DNA of 64,000 bases from NCBI GenBank assembly GCA_963667465.2, contig CAXXDN010000002.1, forward strand, positions 1,024,001 to 1,088,000, written 5' to 3'. Shown one piece after another: positions 58,791 through 64,000 of this stretch. The stretch's first letter is position 1. Each line of letters begins with the position of its first letter. A program made the translations under genes and the position numbers. The notes below the pieces were generated by a model. That model searched no databases and was not told the origin of the DNA. It saw nothing but the letters and a program-made list of their open reading frames with translations. This DNA comes from Dehalococcoidia bacterium (GTDB lineage Bacteria; Chloroflexota; Dehalococcoidia; UBA2979).

Positions 58791-58838
58791 CGACTGTGAG
58801 ATCGGGCGACTGTGAGATCGGGCGACTGTGAGATCGGG
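58791..58838. repeat. Tandem repeat, 3 x 16 bp perfect
   Basis: CGACTGTGAGATCGGG at 58791, 58807 and 58823. Confidence 0.97.
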
Positions 58839-59279
58839 CTAGATCATCCGGCGCAGGCCGGAGATCACTCCACGCGCATCGTCCAGCAGGCTGCGCCGCC
58901 GCGAGGGCGCCTGCGGGCGCGCACCGGCACGCCTCGGCGCGCGAGCCCCGGCGGGCGGAGCCGCCGCAGGGGGCTGGGGCGGTGTGTCCGGCTGCTCCGC
59001 TGCGTCGGCGGCGGGAGCGCCGGTGGCCGCCTCCGGCGCCGGGAGCTGCAGCAGCGCATGCACCTGGAGCTGCGCGTTTCCGAGCAGCCGCCGCAACTCC
59101 GCGCGCTCCGTCGCCGCCTCGCGCTGCTCCTCGGCGGCCACGTCAAGCTGACGCTCGAGGCGCTCGACAGAGGCCCGCAGCGTGTCGGCACGTGCATGGA
59201 CCGAGGCCAGCAACTGGTCCCGATGCTCCAGTTCCAGTCGCAGGCGGGCGTTCTCCGCCGCTGCCTGGTCGTCGGTCAT
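58839..59279 (-). CDS. Hypothetical coiled-coil protein with Pro/Ala linker and C-terminal amphipathic helix
   Basis: CAGGAGG SD; heptad-like segment to ELRRLLGNAQ, LPAP linker, SLLDDARGVISGLRRMI. Confidence 0.7.
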   Translation of the reverse strand: MTDDQAAAENARLRLELEHRDQLLASVHARADTLRASVERLERQLDVAAEEQREAATERAELRRLLGNAQLQVHALLQLPAPEAATGAPAADAAEQPDTPPQPPAAAPPAGARAPRRAGARPQAPSRRRSLLDDARGVISGLRRMI

Positions 59280-59429
59280 CCGGTCGCCTCCTGAACCCGC
59301 CAGCTCCGGCAGTCTAGCGTCGCGCCGGGGCGTTGCGTCCAACGCGGGTGCGACACGTCCGATCGCCGCGCCCGCGGCGGCGGCGTGCGGCTATGATTGG
59401 CGCGACGGCACGAGCACGTCGAGAGGGAC

Positions 59430-60692
59430 ATGATGGACTGGAGCGACACGCCGGAACAGGCGGAGTTCAGGGAATACGTCCGCGGCTTCTTCGCGGACAA
59501 GCTGCCCGAGCGCTATCGCAACGCGCCGCACGCCGAGTTCCACAACGTCCGCGCCGTCAACGGCGAGGAGATCATTCTCAACTCCGCAAGCTGGACCGGC
59601 GACCGGCTCTCCGAGGATCCGGAGATCCACCAGGCCGCCGAGGACTGGGGCGCCGCACTCAGCGCCGAGGGCTACGTCGCCCCGGCCTGGCCGAAGGAAC
59701 TCGGCGGCGCCGGCTTCAGCACCCGCGAGCAGTTCATCTTCCACGAGGAGCGTGAGAAGGCCGGGGCGCCTCGCGCCGGCGGGACCGGCGCGATGTTCCT
59801 CGGCTCCGTGCTGATGGTGCACGGCAACGAGGAACAACGCGCGCGCTACATGCCCGCGATCGCCCGCGGCGAGATCGAGTGGGCACAGGGCTACTCGGAG
59901 CCGGGTGCGGGCTCGGACCTCGCCTCGCTGAGCCTGAGGGCGGAACGCGACGGCGACGAGTACGTGCTCAACGGCCAGAAGATCTGGTCCACGCCGCAGA
60001 CTTCGGATGCCATCTACTGCCTCGTGCGGACGGACCCCGACGCGCCGAAGCATCGAGGCATCTCGTTCCTGATGGTGGACAGCCTGACCGCGCCCGGGAT
60101 CGTGATGAAGCCGCTGCTCAACGCCTGCTTCGACCACGGCCGCTTCGGCGAGACCTTCTTCGACAACGTGCGCGTACCCGCGGCGAACCTGATCGGCGAG
60201 GAGAACCGCGGCTGGTACGTCGCGATGACGCTGATGGACTTCGACCGCGCCTCGATCTCCGGCACCGGCGAGGACCGGCGCACGATCCACAAGCTGATCG
60301 ACTACTCGCACAGCGCCGAGGGCCGGACGCGCACCCGCATCGCCGATCTGCCCTCCGTGCGCGCCGAGGTCGCCGACCGCATGATCGAGACCGAGGTCGG
60401 GCACAACCTCTCGTACCGCCTCGCCTGGATGCAGTCGTCCGGGCTGATCCCCAACTACGAGGCCTCGATGGGCAAGGTGTTCTCCACCGAGCTGCACCAG
60501 CGCGTGGCCCGCACCGGCGCGAAGGCGCTGGGGCTCTACACCAACATCTGGCCCGGCGATTCGCTGGCGCCCATCGAGGGCGAGTTCTCCGACCGCTACG
60601 TGCGGATGATCCCGGACTCGATTGCCGGTGGCACCTCGGAGATCCAGCGCAACGTGATCGCCACGCGCGGCCTCGGCCTGCCCCGCAGCTAG
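59430..60692 (+). CDS. Acyl-CoA dehydrogenase family protein
   Basis: WPKELGG, QGYSEPGAGSDLASL, NGQKIW, AGGTSEIQRN. Confidence 0.92.
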   Translation: MMDWSDTPEQAEFREYVRGFFADKLPERYRNAPHAEFHNVRAVNGEEIILNSASWTGDRLSEDPEIHQAAEDWGAALSAEGYVAPAWPKELGGAGFSTREQFIFHEEREKAGAPRAGGTGAMFLGSVLMVHGNEEQRARYMPAIARGEIEWAQGYSEPGAGSDLASLSLRAERDGDEYVLNGQKIWSTPQTSDAIYCLVRTDPDAPKHRGISFLMVDSLTAPGIVMKPLLNACFDHGRFGETFFDNVRVPAANLIGEENRGWYVAMTLMDFDRASISGTGEDRRTIHKLIDYSHSAEGRTRTRIADLPSVRAEVADRMIETEVGHNLSYRLAWMQSSGLIPNYEASMGKVFSTELHQRVARTGAKALGLYTNIWPGDSLAPIEGEFSDRYVRMIPDSIAGGTSEIQRNVIATRGLGLPRS

Positions 60693-60699
60693 CGGCGTC

Positions 60700-61878
60700 A
60701 TGCAGATCGACATCTTCAGCGAGATGCAGCGTCCCCGCGAGCTGTGGGACGACGACGCCTACGAGCACACCCTGATCGAGGAGACGCTGGAACAGGCGCA
60801 GCTCGCCGACGAGCTCGGCTACGGCTGCTGGTGGCAGGTGGAGCACCACGGCGCGGTCGAGTTCAGCTACAGCTCCGCGCCCGAGCTGATGCTGACCGCG
60901 ATCGCTCGTGGCACGGAGCGGTTACGCGTCGGCCACTCCGCAGTACTCTCGCCGCACCGCTTCAACCACCCGATCCGAGTCGCCGAGCGCGCCGCCTTCC
61001 TTGATCACCTCAGCGAGGGCCGCCTCGAGCTCGGCCTCGCGCGCTCCACAGTCAAGGAGTGGCGCGCCTTCAACATCGACGGCGACGAGACGCGCGATCA
61101 GATGCAGCAGGCGTTCGAACTGATCCCGCAGCTCTGGACGCAGGACGCCGTGGACTGGGACAGCGAAGACTTCGCGATCCACGACTTCACGCTCACGCCC
61201 AAGCCTCTGCAGAAGCCCCACCCGCCGCTCTGGCAGGCCTGCTCCGGCCCGATCTCGTTCGAGCAGGCCGGCCGCAACGGCGTCGGCGCGCTCGCCAACA
61301 CGCTCTGGCGCTCGCTTGACCAGGTCGAGGAGATCGTCGAGTCCTACAAGCGCGGCATCGCCCAGTGCGAACGACCTGTCGGCGAATTCATCAACGACCA
61401 GATCGCATTCTTCACCTTCGTACACTGCGTCGAGGACGGCGACGCCAGACTGAGCAGCGCCGCCGCGGGCGCGGCCGCGTGGTACACCAACACCGCGCTC
61501 ACCTTCTTCGAGGCCCGTGAGTCTTTCCTGCGCCGCGCGCGCGAGATCGAGGCCGCGCGGGACGAGGCCGGAAGCGACCTCACCGGCCGCTTCCTCGAGG
61601 ACGAGGACGCCGAGTCGACGAAGGCGCAGCTGATCCATGCGCGGATCATGAACGGCGAGGCCGTCGCCGACGAAGAGGTCTTCGAGGTGCTGAGCGAGCA
61701 GCAGTCGCTCGTCGTCGGAGACCAGCAGGCCTGCCTCGAGAAGATGAAGCGCTACGAGGAGGTCGGGATCGACCGCCTGATGAGCTTCCACCAGGTCGGC
61801 AAGCTGCGTCACGAGGAGGTGACGCGCAGCATCCGGCTGATCGGCGAGCTGATCCCGGAGTTTCACGCCACGGAGTGA
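60700..61878 (+). CDS. LLM-class flavin-dependent monooxygenase
   Basis: ADELGY..W.VEHH, SAPE, LDHLSEGRLELG, PKPLQKPHPPLW. Confidence 0.88.
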   Translation: MQIDIFSEMQRPRELWDDDAYEHTLIEETLEQAQLADELGYGCWWQVEHHGAVEFSYSSAPELMLTAIARGTERLRVGHSAVLSPHRFNHPIRVAERAAFLDHLSEGRLELGLARSTVKEWRAFNIDGDETRDQMQQAFELIPQLWTQDAVDWDSEDFAIHDFTLTPKPLQKPHPPLWQACSGPISFEQAGRNGVGALANTLWRSLDQVEEIVESYKRGIAQCERPVGEFINDQIAFFTFVHCVEDGDARLSSAAAGAAAWYTNTALTFFEARESFLRRAREIEAARDEAGSDLTGRFLEDEDAESTKAQLIHARIMNGEAVADEEVFEVLSEQQSLVVGDQQACLEKMKRYEEVGIDRLMSFHQVGKLRHEEVTRSIRLIGELIPEFHATE

Positions 61879-61976
61879 CAACGGACGGGCCGCGCCGCCA
61901 TTGACGCCTGCCGGGCGAGCGTCGAGGCTGCGCCCCCGGCAACCAACAGCGAGAAGAGCGGCGAAGGGAGCGGTCG

Positions 61977-63128
61977 ATGACAGCAGCCGCGCCGCGCGCC
62001 CTCGAAGGCGTGCGCATCATCGAGATCGCGGCGGGTCTCCCCGTCGCCTACGCGGGCAAACTGCTCGCGCAGGGCGGCGCCGAGGTGATCCGCATCGAGC
62101 CCCCCGAGGGCGACCCAATCCGCCTCGGTGGCCCCTTCCCCGGCGACGAGCCGGACATCGACGGCGGTGGCCGTCACGCCTTCTTCAACGGCGGCAAGCG
62201 CAGCGTCGCGCTCGACGTGAACAGCGAGGGCGGCGCGGCCGTCAGCGCGGACCTGATCGCGAGCGCCGACGTGCTGCTCACCTCCTGGAAGACCCCCGCG
62301 CAGCTCCCGCTCGACGATGTCGACGCGATGCGCGAGCGCTTCCCGGACACGCTCTACGTCTCGATCAGCCCCTTCGGGCGCAGCGGCCCGTACGCCAACT
62401 TCGACGGCGATAGCCACGTCATCGAGGCGCTCGCCGGCTTCTCCTACGTCACCGGCTACCCGGACCGTGAGCCGGTCAGCCTCGGCGTCGACACCGCCGA
62501 GTTCCTCGGCGGACTGTACGGCTGGGTCACGACGCTCACGCTGCTCAACGCCCGGGCTCACGGCGAGCAGCACCACCACGCCGACATCTCGAGCTACGAG
62601 ACCGCCGCCCTCACCGACGACCACAACCTCGCCGTCTACCACGGGATGGGCCTGCTGCGGCGGCGCTTCTACTCGCGCGTGCTCGGCGCCTACCCGTCCG
62701 ACATCATGCGCTGCCGCGATGGCTTCGTTTCGGTCGTCCCGGGAGCGCCGGACTTCGCCACCTCGCTCGGCCTGCTGATCGACCGCCCCGAAATGATCGA
62801 CGACCCGCTGCTGCAACTGCCGAAGGAGCGCGTGGTGCGCTGGCAGGACTTCGACGCGCTGATGGAGCCCTGGCTGATGGAGCACGACGCGGCGGAGATC
62901 GTGCAGAAGGCGCAGGAACTGCGCCTCGCCTTCGCCTTCGTACCCGATGTCGCCGACCTCGCTGCCGACGAGCACCTCGCCGCCCGCGGCTTCTTCGAGG
63001 GCCCCGGCGGCGAGCCGGCCGTCGGCCCGCCCGTCGGGCTCTCCGAGACTCCGTTGCGCCCCGGCGCGCCACCCGCCCTCGGCGAGGCGAACGACGAACT
63101 CGCCGCCTCGAACGGAGGTGCAGCATGA
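61977..63128 (+). CDS. Family III CoA-transferase (degenerate subunit)
   Basis: Close paralogue of 51711-52898; DTAE at the catalytic Asp position. Confidence 0.88.
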   Translation: MTAAAPRALEGVRIIEIAAGLPVAYAGKLLAQGGAEVIRIEPPEGDPIRLGGPFPGDEPDIDGGGRHAFFNGGKRSVALDVNSEGGAAVSADLIASADVLLTSWKTPAQLPLDDVDAMRERFPDTLYVSISPFGRSGPYANFDGDSHVIEALAGFSYVTGYPDREPVSLGVDTAEFLGGLYGWVTTLTLLNARAHGEQHHHADISSYETAALTDDHNLAVYHGMGLLRRRFYSRVLGAYPSDIMRCRDGFVSVVPGAPDFATSLGLLIDRPEMIDDPLLQLPKERVVRWQDFDALMEPWLMEHDAAEIVQKAQELRLAFAFVPDVADLAADEHLAARGFFEGPGGEPAVGPPVGLSETPLRPGAPPALGEANDELAASNGGAA

Positions 63129-64000
63129 AGCCGTTCGAAGGCCTCCGTGTCATCGACCTCTCGCAGGTCTGGGCAGGCCCCGTGGCCGCGCGGGTGCTCG
63201 CCGACCTCGGCGCGGACGTGATCAAGGTCGAGCGCCCGACGGTGCCGGACCGCATCCGCACGGCCTACATCGCGCAGAACGACACGACCGGCAACTACTG
63301 GGAGCGCGCGCCCTACTACACCGTGCGCAACGTCTCCAAACGCGGCCTCGCGCTCGACCTCGGCAGCGACGAGGGCATCGCGATCCTGCACGGGCTGCTG
63401 GAGGATGCGGACGTGCTGATCGAGAGCTACACGCCGCGCGTGCTGGAGAACTTCGGACTCTCCTGGAACGATCTCAAGGACCGCTACCCGCGCCTGATCA
63501 TGATGTCGCTCTGCGGCTACGGGCAGACCGGCCCGCGCCGCAACAGCCCCGCCTTCGGCATGGGCATGGAGCCGGCCTCGGGCATCGCCTCGGTCAGTGG
63601 CTACGAGGGCGAACCGCCGCTCAAGAGCGGCAACACCTGGGTCGACCCGTTCGCGGGCATCCACGGCCTCGGCGGCCTGCTGACCGCGCTCTACCACCGC
63701 GAGCGCAGCGGACGCGGCCAGCAGATCGACGTCTCGATGCAGGAGGGGCTGCTGCAGCTGCTGGGCCCGCACTTCCACGACTACTGGATGAACGACCGCC
63801 TGCACCCCGGCAGCGGCAACCGCCGCGAAGGCCTCGTGCGCGGCATCTACCCAACCGCCGGCGAGGACGCCTGGATCGCGATCAGCGTCCGCGACGACGA
63901 CGAGTGGGCCGCCCTCGCACGCACCACGGGCAACGAGGCCTGGCTGGACGACGCCCGCCTCGCAACGATGGCCGGGCGCCACGAGCACCACGACGAGATC
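63125..64000 (+). CDS. Family III CoA-transferase (partial, runs off window)
   Basis: ATG 63125 overlaps the upstream stop; MKPFEGLRVIDLSQVWAGP..LADLGADVIKVE..TWVDPFAG; paralogue of 50359-51708. Confidence 0.9.
   Translation, partial: MKPFEGLRVIDLSQVWAGPVAARVLADLGADVIKVERPTVPDRIRTAYIAQNDTTGNYWERAPYYTVRNVSKRGLALDLGSDEGIAILHGLLEDADVLIESYTPRVLENFGLSWNDLKDRYPRLIMMSLCGYGQTGPRRNSPAFGMGMEPASGIASVSGYEGEPPLKSGNTWVDPFAGIHGLGGLLTALYHRERSGRGQQIDVSMQEGLLQLLGPHFHDYWMNDRLHPGSGNRREGLVRGIYPTAGEDAWIAISVRDDDEWAALARTTGNEAWLDDARLATMAGRHEHHDEI

Overview
A very GC-rich bacterial window. By gene content (family III CoA-transferase, luciferase-like monooxygenase and acyl-CoA dehydrogenase expansions, a Tat-lipoprotein ABC binder, ftsZ-nrdR-nrdJ order) it most resembles Chloroflexota/Dehalococcoidia; this is inference, not a database result. 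1-14 kb: end of the dcw cluster (murF 3' end, mraY, murD, ftsW, murG, murC, ddl, ftsQ, ftsA, ftsZ), then nrdR and a class II ribonucleotide reductase. 14-64 kb: mostly acyl-CoA/flavin catabolic genes (7 CaiB/BaiF ORFs, 4 LLMs, 2 ACADs, 4 SDRs, crotonases, MaoC/thiolase/DUF35, tandem Zn-ADHs), ABC systems, a VapBC pair, an RRM protein and three damaged genes. No rRNA, tRNA, CRISPR array or transposase was recognised. Most notable: (i) FtsZ has an in-frame 216-aa acidic low-complexity N-terminal extension and two SD-equipped starts; (ii) 57.5-59.3 kb holds four small unrecognised helical proteins, two of them apparently distant paralogues, around an AT-richer region with a near-consensus promoter; (iii) a structured leader and a 15-bp tandem repeat lie upstream of the RRM gene.
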